NCBI GenBank assembly: GCA_035483045.1 | Contig: DATHQD010000035.1 | Location: forward strand, 35,921 to 99,920 | DNA length: 64,000 bases | Direction: 5' to 3' | Origin: Terriglobales bacterium | GTDB taxonomy: Bacteria; Acidobacteriota; Terriglobia; Terriglobales; Acidobacteriaceae | Shown here: one piece after another, positions 37,077 to 46,217 of the stretch | How the letters are laid out: each line of letters begins with the position of its first letter | Position numbering within the stretch: position 1 is the first letter of the stretch | The notes under the pieces: generated by a model | Told to the model about the DNA's origin: nothing | What the model saw: only the letters and a program-made list of their open reading frames with translations | Databases searched by the model: none | Position numbers and translations under genes: made by a program

Positions 37077-37853
37077 ATGCGACAATTCTTCCGCATGCTC
37101 CTCCTCGCCCTGGTCCTCATGACGGTCGCCCTCGTAGCCGCCCTCACCGCTATGCAGCTAGCCATCCACGGCCGCGAAGTCGCCATCCCCAAACTCATCG
37201 GCCTCACTCCGCTCGAAGCCGAACGCACCGGAGCCGCCTCCGGTCTCCAGGTCATCGTCGAGCGCCAGTTCTACAGTCCCACCATCCCGGAAGGAAAAAT
37301 CATGACCCAGATGCCGCTCCCCGGCACCAAGGTCCGCCGCGGCTGGTCCGTCCGCGTCGCCCAAAGTCTCGGCCCGCTCCGCGTCGCCATCCCCGACATC
37401 ACCGGAGGCAGCGAGCGCATCGCCGATCTAAACATCCGCCGTCGCAGCCTGACCATCGGCTCCGTCGCTCACATCAATCTCCCCGACGCGCCCGTAGACC
37501 GGGTAATCTCGCAAAACCCTCCCGCAAATGCCGCCGGGGTATCCGCCCCAAAGATCAATCTCCTGATCAGCGACGGCCCCGACCCCTTAACCTACGTAAT
37601 GCCGAACCTCACCGGCCAACCTCTAGGCAGCGCCACCCTGGCCCTGCAAGACGCCGGAATGAAAGTAGGCAAAGTAACTTTCCAACCCCCGCCTCAACCA
37701 CAACCCGATCAGCAGTCCGCGCAACCATCCGCTCCGCCCGCCGCTACATCCCTGGCATCCGAACCAAGCGCCGCCAGCATGATAGTCACCCAATCCCCCG
37801 CCCCCGGCCAGAAAGTAGCCGCCGGCACCGCCGTAAACTTCGAAGTCCGCTAA
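37077..37853 (+). CDS. membrane-anchored stand-alone PASTA-repeat protein
   Basis: N-terminal TM, then three PASTA-like units (IPKLIGLTPLEAE.., IPDITGGSERIAD.., MPNLTGQPLGSAT..) and a Pro/Gln-rich tail. No kinase or PBP domain. Confidence 0.7.
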   Translation: MRQFFRMLLLALVLMTVALVAALTAMQLAIHGREVAIPKLIGLTPLEAERTGAASGLQVIVERQFYSPTIPEGKIMTQMPLPGTKVRRGWSVRVAQSLGPLRVAIPDITGGSERIADLNIRRRSLTIGSVAHINLPDAPVDRVISQNPPANAAGVSAPKINLLISDGPDPLTYVMPNLTGQPLGSATLALQDAGMKVGKVTFQPPPQPQPDQQSAQPSAPPAATSLASEPSAASMIVTQSPAPGQKVAAGTAVNFEVR

Positions 37854-37895
37854 CTTTGGGTGGCGCTGACTCTCAGCGTCGCACGCCGAAATCAC

Positions 37896-37939
37896 GTAGG
37901 GGCAGGTGCCCTCACCTGCCCAGCCGAGCAAAGCTCGGC
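37896..37939 (+). repeat. REP-B (forward)
   Basis: GTAGGGGCAGGTGCCCTCACCTGCCCAGCCGAGCAAAGCTCGGC. Confidence 0.85.
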
Positions 37940-37972
37940 ACCTGCTGGCGCTCACTCAAACTCTAGAGCGCC

Positions 37973-39319
37973 TCACCGCCGCCCAATCACCGCCGCAAAA
38001 AATCCATCGCACCCATGCACCCCAGGAATCGTCCGCAAATAACCTGAATCGACCAGCGACCCTACCTCCACCCCACCAGCAATCTCCCCCGCCGCGCCCA
38101 GCAACTCCAACTCCCCGCGACAATCCACCCCCTCAAAACCCGCGCCCAGTGCCGCCTCCACCACCGCCTCGTTCTCCTCCCGCTCCAGCGAACAAGTCGA
38201 ATAAACTAATCGCCCTCCCACCGCCAACTGCTCCAGTGCCGACTTTAAAATAGCAATCTGCCTTGCCTGCAAATCCTGCAAATCCTCTTCCCGCAACCGC
38301 CACCTAATCTCCGGATTCCGTCCCAAAGTCCCTGTCCCCGAACAAGGCACATCCGCCAACACCCGATCAAACCCCCCAGAATTAAACGGCAAAGCCCGGG
38401 CATCCGCCGCCACCACAAAAACATTCTCCGCGCGGCAAAGCGCCCGCAGCAACCGCGCTCGATGCGGATGCACTTCCGTAGCCACCACACGCGCCGCAGG
38501 ATTCCGCCGCGCCATCAACCCAGTCTTGCTCCCCGGAGCCGCGCAGCAATCCAGAATCGCCCCATCAACGTTCGCAGCCGCCAGCAGCGCCACCAACTGC
38601 GATCCCTCATCCTGAATCCCCACCCGCCCTTCGCGATAAGCCCGCGTCTCAGTCACATCACCCGAAACCACAAGCCGCGCCCGCGTCAGCAATCGCCCCG
38701 GAGCCAGCTCCACACCAGCTACATCTTCCTGACATCGACTATCAATGTGAATCGCCGTCTCCGGCACTCGCTGGTCATAACCACAAATTCCCCGCGCCGT
38801 CTCCAGCCCATGTCGCCCAACCCATCGTTCTACCAGCCACCGAGGATGTGCGGCGGCCAGCGCCAAACCATCTGCATCTGTTGCACTCTCAATCTCCCCG
38901 AAAAAATCGCCAGCTCCCGCAACACCAACCTTCCGCAGCACCGCATTCACCAGCGGAGCCGCCGACCGCTTCCGCGCCGCCTTCACCAACTCCACACTCT
39001 CAAAAATTGCCGCGCGCGCCGGCACTCGCGACAGAAACAACAACTGATAAGCGCCCAGCCGTAGCGCCGTCAAAACTTCGATATCCATCCGCTCGATCTT
39101 CAGCGACGACGAAGCCGCCACCCGCCGGTCAAGCAAAGCGCGCCAGCGCAGCACTCCCATCACCAGCTCAGTTGTCAGTCCATGATCTCTTGCAGAAAGA
39201 TTGCGCGCAGAAACTTTCCGGAGCGCCGCCGAATGCAGCAACTCCGCAGCGTAAGAGTCCTCACGCTCCACCCGTAGAAGAATTTCAAATGCAGTAGCGC
39301 GAGCAGCAGAAACGGCCAC
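37973..39319 (-). CDS. rsmB: 16S rRNA (cytosine967-C5)-methyltransferase RsmB/Sun
   Basis: NusB-like N-terminus and a SAM methyltransferase core (ILDCCAAPGSKT..DRVLADVPCSGTGT..LVYSTCSL). Lies downstream of fmt. Confidence 0.9.
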   Translation of the reverse strand: MAVSAARATAFEILLRVEREDSYAAELLHSAALRKVSARNLSARDHGLTTELVMGVLRWRALLDRRVAASSSLKIERMDIEVLTALRLGAYQLLFLSRVPARAAIFESVELVKAARKRSAAPLVNAVLRKVGVAGAGDFFGEIESATDADGLALAAAHPRWLVERWVGRHGLETARGICGYDQRVPETAIHIDSRCQEDVAGVELAPGRLLTRARLVVSGDVTETRAYREGRVGIQDEGSQLVALLAAANVDGAILDCCAAPGSKTGLMARRNPAARVVATEVHPHRARLLRALCRAENVFVVAADARALPFNSGGFDRVLADVPCSGTGTLGRNPEIRWRLREEDLQDLQARQIAILKSALEQLAVGGRLVYSTCSLEREENEAVVEAALGAGFEGVDCRGELELLGAAGEIAGGVEVGSLVDSGYLRTIPGVHGCDGFFAAVIGRR

Positions 39320-39374
39320 GCGCTATTGTCCCACGCCTCTGCTGCGCAGCTCCCTAAGGCATCAAAAATCTACG

Positions 39375-39439
39375 TGTCATCCTGAGCGCAGCAGAACGAT
39401 TCGCGAAGCGATCGTTCTGCGGAGTCGAAGGACCCCTAC
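39375..39439 (+). repeat. REP-C full (forward)
   Basis: TGTCATCCTGAGCGCAGCAGAACGATTCGCGAAGCGATCGTTCTGCGGAGTCGAAGGACCCCTAC. Confidence 0.85.
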
Positions 39440-39534
39440 CTAACCACAAACCCCGCGCTGCAACTTTTCAAAGGGACGGGTGTATCTCGTTTGCACATTG
39501 ACGCAATTCCAGCGGGTGATTACAGGCAGCGCCA

Positions 39535-40464
39535 CTACTCAACCCGCTCGCCCGATCGCGGCCGATATCCATTAATAAATTCCTGCGCCGTCATCCGCCG
39601 CTTTCCCTCCATCTGTACCTCAAGCAACTCCAGCGCCGCCGTGCCATCTCCGCAACCAACCATCAGCCGCGATCCCTCAACCAAAATTTCGCCCGAAGCA
39701 ACCCGCGCATCCACCACCCGCGCCCGATGCACGCTCAAAGTCTTCCCCTTAAAAGCCGTAAACGCCCCCGGCCAGGGCTGAAACCCGCGCAGCCGATCCA
39801 ATAAATTCCGCGCCGCCCGCGAAAAATCCATCCGCCCATCCTCCTTTCGCAAAATGGGCGCCAGCGTAGCCCGCGCATCATCCTGCGCCACCGCCCGCAC
39901 TGCGCCACTCTCCAGCCCGCGCAGCGTCTCGACCATCAACGCCGCGCCCATCGAAGCCAGCCGAGGCCCCAGCGTCTCCCCCGTATCCTCCGCATCAATC
40001 GCCATCTCGCGCTGCAGCAAAATGTCGCCCGTATCCAGCCCCGCATCAATCCGCATCGTAGTCGCGCCCGTCACCGTTTCCCCATTCGCAATCGCCCATT
40101 GAATCGGAGCCGCCCCGCGATACTTCGGCAACAACGACCCATGCAGATTCAAATTCCCCAGCCGAGGCAACTCAATCATCCACTGCGGAATAATCCGCCC
40201 ATACCCCACCACAACAATCGCGTCCGCCCGAATCCCCTCCAGCCGCGCCCGAAACTCCAAATTGTTTTTGATCGCCGCCGGCTGCGCCACCTCAATCCCC
40301 AACCGCAAAGCCGCATCCTTCACCGGAGAAAAGCTGACGTCCATTCCCCGCCCGCGGCCTCGATCCGGTTGCGTGACAACGAGAGGAAGCGAATGCCCAG
40401 CCAGAACCAGAGCATCCAACGTAGGAACCGCAAAAGAAGGAGTCCCGCAAAAAACCAGAATCAT
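39535..40464 (-). CDS. fmt: methionyl-tRNA formyltransferase
   Basis: MILVFCGTPSFAVPTL..NLHGSLLPKYRGAAPIQWAI. The first 17 codons of the track ORF lie in the REP-F palindrome and are excluded. Confidence 0.92.
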   Translation of the reverse strand: MILVFCGTPSFAVPTLDALVLAGHSLPLVVTQPDRGRGRGMDVSFSPVKDAALRLGIEVAQPAAIKNNLEFRARLEGIRADAIVVVGYGRIIPQWMIELPRLGNLNLHGSLLPKYRGAAPIQWAIANGETVTGATTMRIDAGLDTGDILLQREMAIDAEDTGETLGPRLASMGAALMVETLRGLESGAVRAVAQDDARATLAPILRKEDGRMDFSRAARNLLDRLRGFQPWPGAFTAFKGKTLSVHRARVVDARVASGEILVEGSRLMVGCGDGTAALELLEVQMEGKRRMTAQEFINGYRPRSGERVE

Positions 40465-40471
40465 AAGAAAA

Positions 40472-40633
40472 CAGGAAAAGCGAGGAACAGGAAAAGCAAG
40501 AACCAGGAAAAGCAAGAAACGGGAAAAGCTGGAAACAGGAAAAGCCTTTCCTGTCTTTTGCTTTTCCTGGGTTTTGCTTTTCCTGCTTTTTGCCTTTCCT
40601 GGTTCTTGCCTTTCCTGTTCCTCGCTTTTCCTG
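40472..40633. repeat. ~160-nt REP-F palindrome filling the def-fmt spacer
   Basis: The left arm is CAGGAAAAGCGAGGAACAGGAAAAGCAAGAACCAGGAAAAGC... The reverse complement of the right arm is CAGGAAAAGCGAGGAACAGGAAAGGCAAGAACCAGGAAAGGC... Confidence 0.85.
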
Positions 40634-40642
40634 CTTCCCGCC

Positions 40643-41152
40643 CTACCATTCCCCCGCCTTCACCATCTTCTTAATCTTCCTCTTAATCAAGTCCCGCTTC
40701 AGCGCGCTGATATGCGAAATATAAAGCTTCCCATTCAAATGATCCGTCTCATGCAAAAAAGCGCGCGCCAGCAAGTCTTCCCCCGTGTGCTCAAAAAACT
40801 TCCCATCCGCATCCTGCGCCCGCACCGTAACCGTCTTCGACCGCGTAACATCCTCGCGAAATTCCGGAATACTCAAACACCCCTCGCTGCTCCTCTGCCG
40901 CCCTTCCTTCTTAACAATCACCGGATTAATCAGCACCAGCTTCGCCTCCGGATCCTCCTTAAACGTCACATCCACCACCGCAATCCGCCGCGAAATCCCA
41001 ATCTGCGGAGCCGCCAGCCCCACTCCCCGAGCCGCATACATCGACTCAAACATATCCTCCAGCAGCTTCTTCAGCTCCTCATCAAACACACTAACCTCAG
41101 CCGCAGGCTTCTCCAGCACCGGATCGCCAAATTTCACAATGGGATAAATCAT
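40643..41152 (-). CDS. def: peptide deformylase
   Basis: GVGLAAPQIG, EGCLSIPE, HETDHLNG. Confidence 0.96.
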   Translation of the reverse strand: MIYPIVKFGDPVLEKPAAEVSVFDEELKKLLEDMFESMYAARGVGLAAPQIGISRRIAVVDVTFKEDPEAKLVLINPVIVKKEGRQRSSEGCLSIPEFREDVTRSKTVTVRAQDADGKFFEHTGEDLLARAFLHETDHLNGKLYISHISALKRDLIKRKIKKMVKAGEW

Positions 41153-41169
41153 CTTCTTAGTTAACGTCT

Positions 41170-41234
41170 TGTCATCCTGAGCGCAGCCTCGCCAAGAGCG
41201 AAGCGAATGGCGTAGCGGAGTCGAAGGACCCTAC
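41170..41234 (+). repeat. REP-C full (forward)
   Basis: TGTCATCCTGAGCGCAGCCTCGCCAAGAGCGAAGCGAATGGCGTAGCGGAGTCGAAGGACCCTAC. Confidence 0.8.
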
Positions 41235-41320
41235 CCTACCCACAAAGCCCACGCCGCTTCACCGCGTGCCCACACAACAAAACTTTCGCCATCAATCCGA
41301 ATTTGTAATCAATCTAAATT

Positions 41321-41347
41321 TGTCATCCTGAGCAAAGCGAAGGACCT
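41321..41347 (+). repeat. REP-C short form (forward)
   Basis: TGTCATCCTGAGCAAAGCGAAGGACCT. Confidence 0.65.
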
Positions 41348-41389
41348 GTGCATTTGCGCCCGCCGCAATGCGTGAGCTCGCGCCTCCGC

Positions 41390-42565
41390 TCAATACGCCC
41401 GCAGCTGCTCCAAATACCCCAAAAAATTCCGCCGAGTCTCCTTCATCGAATCCCCGCCAAACTTCTCCAGTGCACACTTCGCCAGCGTCAACGCCACCAT
41501 CGCCTCCGCCGCCACTCCCGCCGCCGGAACCACGCACACATCCGACCGCTCATAAGCCGCCTTCACCGGCTCCCGCGTCTCAAAATCCACCGACTTCAGC
41601 GGACGCCGCAACGTCGAAATCGGTTTCAAATACCCGCGCACCCGAATCTCCTGCCCATTCGAAACGCCGCCCTCCAACCCGCCCGCATTATTCCGCGTCC
41701 GCGTAAATCCAGCGAACCCCACCTCGCTCTCATACCCAATCTCATCATGCACCGCAGACCCCGGAGAACCCGCCGCCAAAATTCCGCTCCCAATCTCCAC
41801 CGCCTTCACCGCCTGCAACGACATCACCGCCGCCGCCAACAGCCCGTCCAGCCGCTCATCCCACTGCACATAACTCCCCAGCCCCGGAGGCACGCCATGC
41901 GCCACCACCTCAAAAACTCCGCCGACCGAATCACCCGTGCGCAAAACTTTATCAACCTCGCCCTTCATCTGCTGCTCCGCATCGGCGTCCGCGCAAGACA
42001 GCAGCACCTCATCTTTCTTCGCCAGCGGCTCAATCTGCTCCCACGGAATCTCCCGCTCCGCAATCGACACCGCCCCCACCGCAATCACATGACTCAAAAC
42101 TTCCACGCCCAGTTCGCGCAATAACAATTTCGCCAGCGCCCCAATCGCTACCCGAGCCGCCGATTCCCGCGCCGAAGCTCGCTCCAGCACATATCGCGCC
42201 TCGGTGAAATCGTACTTCAACGCTCCCGCCAGATCCGCGTGCCCCGGCCGCGGCGAAGCCACCCGCTTGTGTTTTGCCGGATCCCCCGTCCCGACCGGCA
42301 GCGCCTCTTGCCAATTCTGCCAGTCGCGATTCTCCAGCATCACCGCGATCGGAGACCCAATCGTTTTTCCATGATGTACACCAGAAAGAAAATGCGCGCG
42401 ATCGGTTTCAATCTTCATCCGCCCGCCGCGCCCAAATCCCTGCTGCCGCCGCCACAATTCGCGATCGACAAATTCCTGATCCACCGCCAGCCCCGCCGGC
42501 AGCCCGGAAAGAAACGCAACCAGCGCCTCCCCATGCGATTCCCCGGAAGTAAAGTAGCGCAGCAT
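41390..42565 (-). CDS. aroC: chorismate synthase
   Basis: MLRYFTSGESHGEALV..GGRMKIETD..RPGHADL..ERASARE. Confidence 0.95.
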   Translation of the reverse strand: MLRYFTSGESHGEALVAFLSGLPAGLAVDQEFVDRELWRRQQGFGRGGRMKIETDRAHFLSGVHHGKTIGSPIAVMLENRDWQNWQEALPVGTGDPAKHKRVASPRPGHADLAGALKYDFTEARYVLERASARESAARVAIGALAKLLLRELGVEVLSHVIAVGAVSIAEREIPWEQIEPLAKKDEVLLSCADADAEQQMKGEVDKVLRTGDSVGGVFEVVAHGVPPGLGSYVQWDERLDGLLAAAVMSLQAVKAVEIGSGILAAGSPGSAVHDEIGYESEVGFAGFTRTRNNAGGLEGGVSNGQEIRVRGYLKPISTLRRPLKSVDFETREPVKAAYERSDVCVVPAAGVAAEAMVALTLAKCALEKFGGDSMKETRRNFLGYLEQLRAY

Positions 42566-42651
42566 GTTTGAACACGCATTGTAAATGAAAAGAAAATTTC
42601 GCCAGCGCCCTAGATTGATTGTCGTGAAGAATATTGTTGTTAATAAAGATT

Positions 42652-42683
42652 TGTCATCCTGAGCGCAGTCGAAGGACCCCTAC
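42652..42683 (+). repeat. REP-C short form (forward; lacks the central hairpin)
   Basis: TGTCATCCTGAGCGCAGTCGAAGGACCCCTAC. Confidence 0.8.
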
Positions 42684-42878
42684 CCCAACCACAAAGCCCG
42701 CTTCCGCGCTTTGGGTTTTCCGAAAGAACCTCGGCGCCCTCCGCGTCTCGGCCGTGAAAGATTTTGCACCGACACCACGAAAATCTCGGTACAATACCTC
42801 AACGCAGTATTCCAGGCCGCCGAATTCGGGCTCCGTCTCATCGCGCCATTTCGTCAGAATAAGCAGGATAATGAGTCT

Positions 42879-43604
42879 ATGTTGACAACCACCCCAGGCC
42901 CGTTTCACGCCCCTGGCGAAAATACCGCGCGCATTCGCTGCGTGATCGCCGACGATCACGAAATGCTGCGCTACGGTGTCCGCCGCCTGCTCCAGGACGC
43001 TCCCGACTTCGAAGTAGTCGGCGAAGCCCGCGACGCCGCCGAGGCCCTCAAACTGGTCATCGAACATCATCCCGACCTCGTGCTTCTCGACATCAGCATG
43101 CCCGGCATGTCGTCTTTCGAAGTCGGGCGCTTGGTCGACGAACATTGTGCCTCCACGCGCATCGTCTACCTGACCATGCATGAAGATCAGGAATATATTC
43201 AGCAAGCCCTCCGCTCCGGAGCCAGCGGTTATCTGCTCAAAGACACTCCAGCCCCGCAGTTACTCGAAGCGCTCCGTGAAGTCCATCGCGGCCTCCGCTC
43301 CCTCAGTCCTCAAGTCCAAAAAAAGATTCAGATCAACGCAAACAGCACCAACGACGCAACCTCGCGCTTGACAACTCGCGTTCCCATGCGCAGAAATTCC
43401 CTAACCATCCGCGAGCGCGAAGTAATGAAGCTGCTGGCCGAAGGCAACACCGTAAAGCAAGCCGCCGCCGTCCTTGGCGTCAGCTTGAAAACAGTAGAAG
43501 CGCACAAATTCAACCTGATGCGCAAGCTGGATATCCACAACAAAGCCCAGCTAGTAACCGTAGCCATCCAGAAAAAAATCCTCCCCCTCCCCATCGCCAC
43601 CTAG
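42879..43604 (+). CDS. orphan NarL/FixJ (LuxR-type HTH) response regulator
   Basis: Receiver domain (IRCVIADDHEMLR..DLVLLDISMPG) and LuxR HTH (LTIREREVMKLLAEGNTVKQAAAVLGVSLKTVEAHKFNLMRKL). GATAAT lies 6 nt before the ATG. Confidence 0.85.
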   Translation: MLTTTPGPFHAPGENTARIRCVIADDHEMLRYGVRRLLQDAPDFEVVGEARDAAEALKLVIEHHPDLVLLDISMPGMSSFEVGRLVDEHCASTRIVYLTMHEDQEYIQQALRSGASGYLLKDTPAPQLLEALREVHRGLRSLSPQVQKKIQINANSTNDATSRLTTRVPMRRNSLTIREREVMKLLAEGNTVKQAAAVLGVSLKTVEAHKFNLMRKLDIHNKAQLVTVAIQKKILPLPIAT

Positions 43605-43664
43605 CCAGATACAACCCAACTCGCGCCGGGGACGGCCGCCCTCGGCCGTCAAAGCGAGGCTCAC

Positions 43665-43732
43665 GTAGGGGCAGAGCCTGCCCTGAGCTTGTCGAAGGGT
43701 GCCCTCGCCTGCCCAGCCGAGCAAAGCTCGAC
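43665..43732 (+). repeat. REP-B long form (forward)
   Basis: GTAGGGGCAGAGCCTGCCCTGAGCTTGTCGAAGGGTGCCCTCGCCTGCCCAGCCGAGCAAAGCTCGA. Confidence 0.85.
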
Positions 43733-43772
43733 TCCAGTTGTCACCGGCAAGATTTCAAACTCCTTTTTCCGC

Positions 43773-43837
43773 TGTCATCCTGAGCGCAGCAGAACGATTC
43801 GCGAAGCGATCGTTCAGCGGAGTCGAAGGACCCCTAC
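43773..43837 (+). repeat. REP-C full (forward)
   Basis: TGTCATCCTGAGCGCAGCAGAACGATTCGCGAAGCGATCGTTCAGCGGAGTCGAAGGACCCCTAC. Confidence 0.85.
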
Positions 43838-43869
43838 CTTCACCCTCCCGACCAACGCAACCTGCCTCT

Positions 43870-43900
43870 GCTTTGGGTGCGCGGCGCTTCAGCGCTACGC
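43870..43900 (+). repeat. REP-E-like degenerate head (forward)
   Basis: GCTTTGGGTGCGCGGCGCTTCAGCGCTACGC. Confidence 0.45.
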
Positions 43901-43925
43901 TAATCCATCCGCGAGAAATGCAGCT

Positions 43926-44621
43926 TCAGCCGCTGAAGGCAGCCGCCGCCAACCCAGCTAAATCCGCAACCTCGAAATCCGCTCGCCCCTCCGCCGCCCG
44001 CACCGCCCCAATCCCCGGACGCGCCGACCTCCGATTCACCCACACCGTAGAAATCCCCAGCGCTCGCGCCGGCACTACATCGTGATATACACTCTGCCCC
44101 GCATGCAGCCACTGTTCCGCGCCAATCCCCACCCTCTCCAACGCCATTCGAAAATTATTCAGCGAAGGCTTATAGCTCCCAGCCTGCTGCGCCGTAATCA
44201 CCTCCGCAAACTCCACTCCCAACCGCCGTCGCGTCGCCTTAAATAGATCATCATCAATATTTGAAATCACCACCAACTTATATCTCTCCTGCAACGCGCG
44301 CAGCGCCGCCACCGTATCCGCAAACGCCGGCCACTCCCCAACCGACTCACCCAGCGATCGAATCTCGTCCGTGCTGGCCGCAAAATCAAACCGCGCTGCA
44401 AATCCCCTTACCACCGATTCGAGCACCTTCCGATAACTCTGATAAGTCCCACTCTCCGCCGCCGCTTCCAGCTCTCCATACAACTCAAGAATCGCCGGGT
44501 CGCTCATCTTGATCCCATGATTCCGCAACACCGCCCGCAGCGCCGGCAAAATCCCGGCCTCCCAATCAATCAGAGTCCCATAGCAATCAAAGCTGAGCGC
44601 AGTAAACCGAGAGAAGTCCAT
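43926..44621 (-). CDS. HAD-superfamily hydrolase, haloacid dehalogenase type II-like
   Basis: FDCYGTLIDWE (DxYGT motif I), ISN motif II, KP..F and AGQSVYHD motifs. Confidence 0.8.
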   Translation of the reverse strand: MDFSRFTALSFDCYGTLIDWEAGILPALRAVLRNHGIKMSDPAILELYGELEAAAESGTYQSYRKVLESVVRGFAARFDFAASTDEIRSLGESVGEWPAFADTVAALRALQERYKLVVISNIDDDLFKATRRRLGVEFAEVITAQQAGSYKPSLNNFRMALERVGIGAEQWLHAGQSVYHDVVPARALGISTVWVNRRSARPGIGAVRAAEGRADFEVADLAGLAAAAFSG

Positions 44622-44674
44622 CGAAAGAGGAAATCAGGAAAGGAAGCGTTTGCCAAGAAGAAAACTGCTTTAAA

Positions 44675-44739
44675 TGTCATCCTGAGCGAAGCAGAACGAT
44701 TCGCGAAGCGAGCGTTCTGCGAAGTCGAAGGACCCCTAC
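44675..44739 (+). repeat. REP-C full (forward)
   Basis: TGTCATCCTGAGCGAAGCAGAACGATTCGCGAAGCGAGCGTTCTGCGAAGTCGAAGGACCCCTAC. Confidence 0.85.
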
Positions 44740-45033
44740 TTAACCCACCGTGCGATTCGTCCACAACACGGCTCAAGAGGCTGCGAAAAAATTCAAATTT
44801 CGTTGCAACGGCATCGCTTTAGCAACGCCGCCTGTCTTCGTGAGAAGACGCTCCCTCGCGGAGAGCACGCCACCGTCATCCGCCTTCTTCCGCAGCCTCT
44901 TCAACCGTGCTGCCAATCCCCGCTTGCGGCCAATAAAGATGCGCCCAACCCGCCAACGGTTTACTCGTCACTCTCATTCTTAAACTTATTTATTCCCCCT
45001 TAACTCATTTATTCCTCGCGAATATTTCTGACT

Positions 45034-45098
45034 TGTCATCCTGAGCGCAGCAGAACGATTCGCGAAGCGATCGTTCCGCAAAGTCGAAGGACCCCTAT
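45034..45098 (+). repeat. REP-C full (forward)
   Basis: TGTCATCCTGAGCGCAGCAGAACGATTCGCGAAGCGATCGTTCCGCAAAGTCGAAGGACCCCTAT. Confidence 0.85.
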
Positions 45099-45128
45099 CC
45101 TCCGATGCGAGCCGAACAACCAAAAACT

Positions 45129-45150
45129 TGTCATCCAGAGCGAAGCACCT
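45129..45150 (+). repeat. REP-C degenerate head (forward)
   Basis: TGTCATCCAGAGCGAAGCACCT. Confidence 0.5.
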
Positions 45151-45157
45151 GCTCGTA

Positions 45158-45220
45158 GCCTTTCCCGCTCCAGCTTTTCCCTCGCTTTTCCCGCCCTTGT
45201 CTTTCCCGCCCCTACTTCCC
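45158..45220 (-). repeat. REP-F low-complexity array (CTTTCCC orientation on the + strand)
   Basis: AGCCTTTCCCGCTCCAGCTTTTCCCTCGCTTTTCCCGCCCTTGTCTTTCCCGCC. Confidence 0.55.
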
Positions 45221-45994
45221 CGCCAAAGCCGCCCCCACCACCGCCCCACCATCTCCCGTCTGCACAAAAGCAATCACCCGCAAATCCCCCAACCCCTCCG
45301 TCCCCTTCAGCTTCACCGTTACATCGCCATCAAACTTCTTCCCTCGCTCCACCCGCCCCACCTTTGTAATACTCTCCGCCACCGCCACATGCTGTATGTC
45401 CTTACCCTTGTTCTCCCCCGCCAACACATGCGACGACGCCCGATTCAGCGCTACCGCCACCATGACATCCGCCTTCTTCGCCTTCAAATTCTCCGGCAGC
45501 CCATCCACCGCCAAATGCAACTTCAGCGTCCGCCCATCCAGCCCCACCCCCGAAATCTGCACCGGAACCTTCACATCCCCGCGCGCCTTCTCCACCGCCG
45601 CCAATACCGCCCGACCGTCGCTCCCATTCAACTCCGCCACTCCATCCACCACCATCTGCGGCGTATAAGCCTCCTTCGTGCCCAGCCGCTGCACATAACC
45701 CTTCTGCCGGTCGGTATAGAAACTCGACGAATAAGCATCCTTCCACCCATCGTGATTCCAATAATCCACGTGCTCGCTAAGCACAATCGCCTGCGCCCCT
45801 GCCACCGGCTGCAACCCATCCAGCTTTCCCAACAGCGAATCCGCCGGAGGACAACTAGAACACCCCTCCGAAGTAAACAACTCCACCAAAACTGGAGCCG
45901 CCGCAGAAGAAGCCGCATCCCCCGCCCAGGCAACAGCACCCGCAGAACAAATCAAAGAACCAACCAACCAAAGCCGTAAGCCAGCCAAAGTCAT
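45212..45994 (-). CDS. DUF1223-family thioredoxin-like secreted protein
   Basis: VLVELFTSEGCSSCPPAD..LSEHVDYWNHDGWKD. I place the start at MTLAGLRLWLV, which begins a signal peptide. Confidence 0.7.
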   Translation of the reverse strand: MTLAGLRLWLVGSLICSAGAVAWAGDAASSAAAPVLVELFTSEGCSSCPPADSLLGKLDGLQPVAGAQAIVLSEHVDYWNHDGWKDAYSSSFYTDRQKGYVQRLGTKEAYTPQMVVDGVAELNGSDGRAVLAAVEKARGDVKVPVQISGVGLDGRTLKLHLAVDGLPENLKAKKADVMVAVALNRASSHVLAGENKGKDIQHVAVAESITKVGRVERGKKFDGDVTVKLKGTEGLGDLRVIAFVQTGDGGAVVGAALAGK

Positions 45995-46053
45995 ATCTCC
46001 CTCCAATCCATATGTGATGCGGACAACCATCCACGCCACCAATTCTAGCTCGT

Positions 46054-46077
46054 GTGGAGCGGAAACTCCTGTCCGCT
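46054..46077 (+). repeat. REP-D (forward)
   Basis: GTGGAGCGGAAACTCCTGTCCGCT. Confidence 0.7.
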
Positions 46078-46100
46078 AACGCCGACACAACCTGCCTCGC

Positions 46101-46145
46101 GTAGGGGCAGGTGCCCTCACCTGCCCAGCCGAGCGCCAGCTCGGT
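46101..46145 (+). repeat. REP-B (forward); last REP-B before the polarity switch
   Basis: GTAGGGGCAGGTGCCCTCACCTGCCCAGCCGAGCGCCAGCTCGG. Confidence 0.85.
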
Positions 46146-46217
46146 CCCCCAAAATCTCGAATTCGCCTTAACCCCACGCTCCGCTAAAATCATGCGAACG
46201 ACAAACGACCGCCCTCC

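Noticed and set aside
40472-40633. Possible CRISPR or minisatellite array of CAGGAAAAGC units
   Set aside because: The two halves are reverse complements of each other, so it is one long palindrome. The units are degenerate 10-11-mers without unique spacers.
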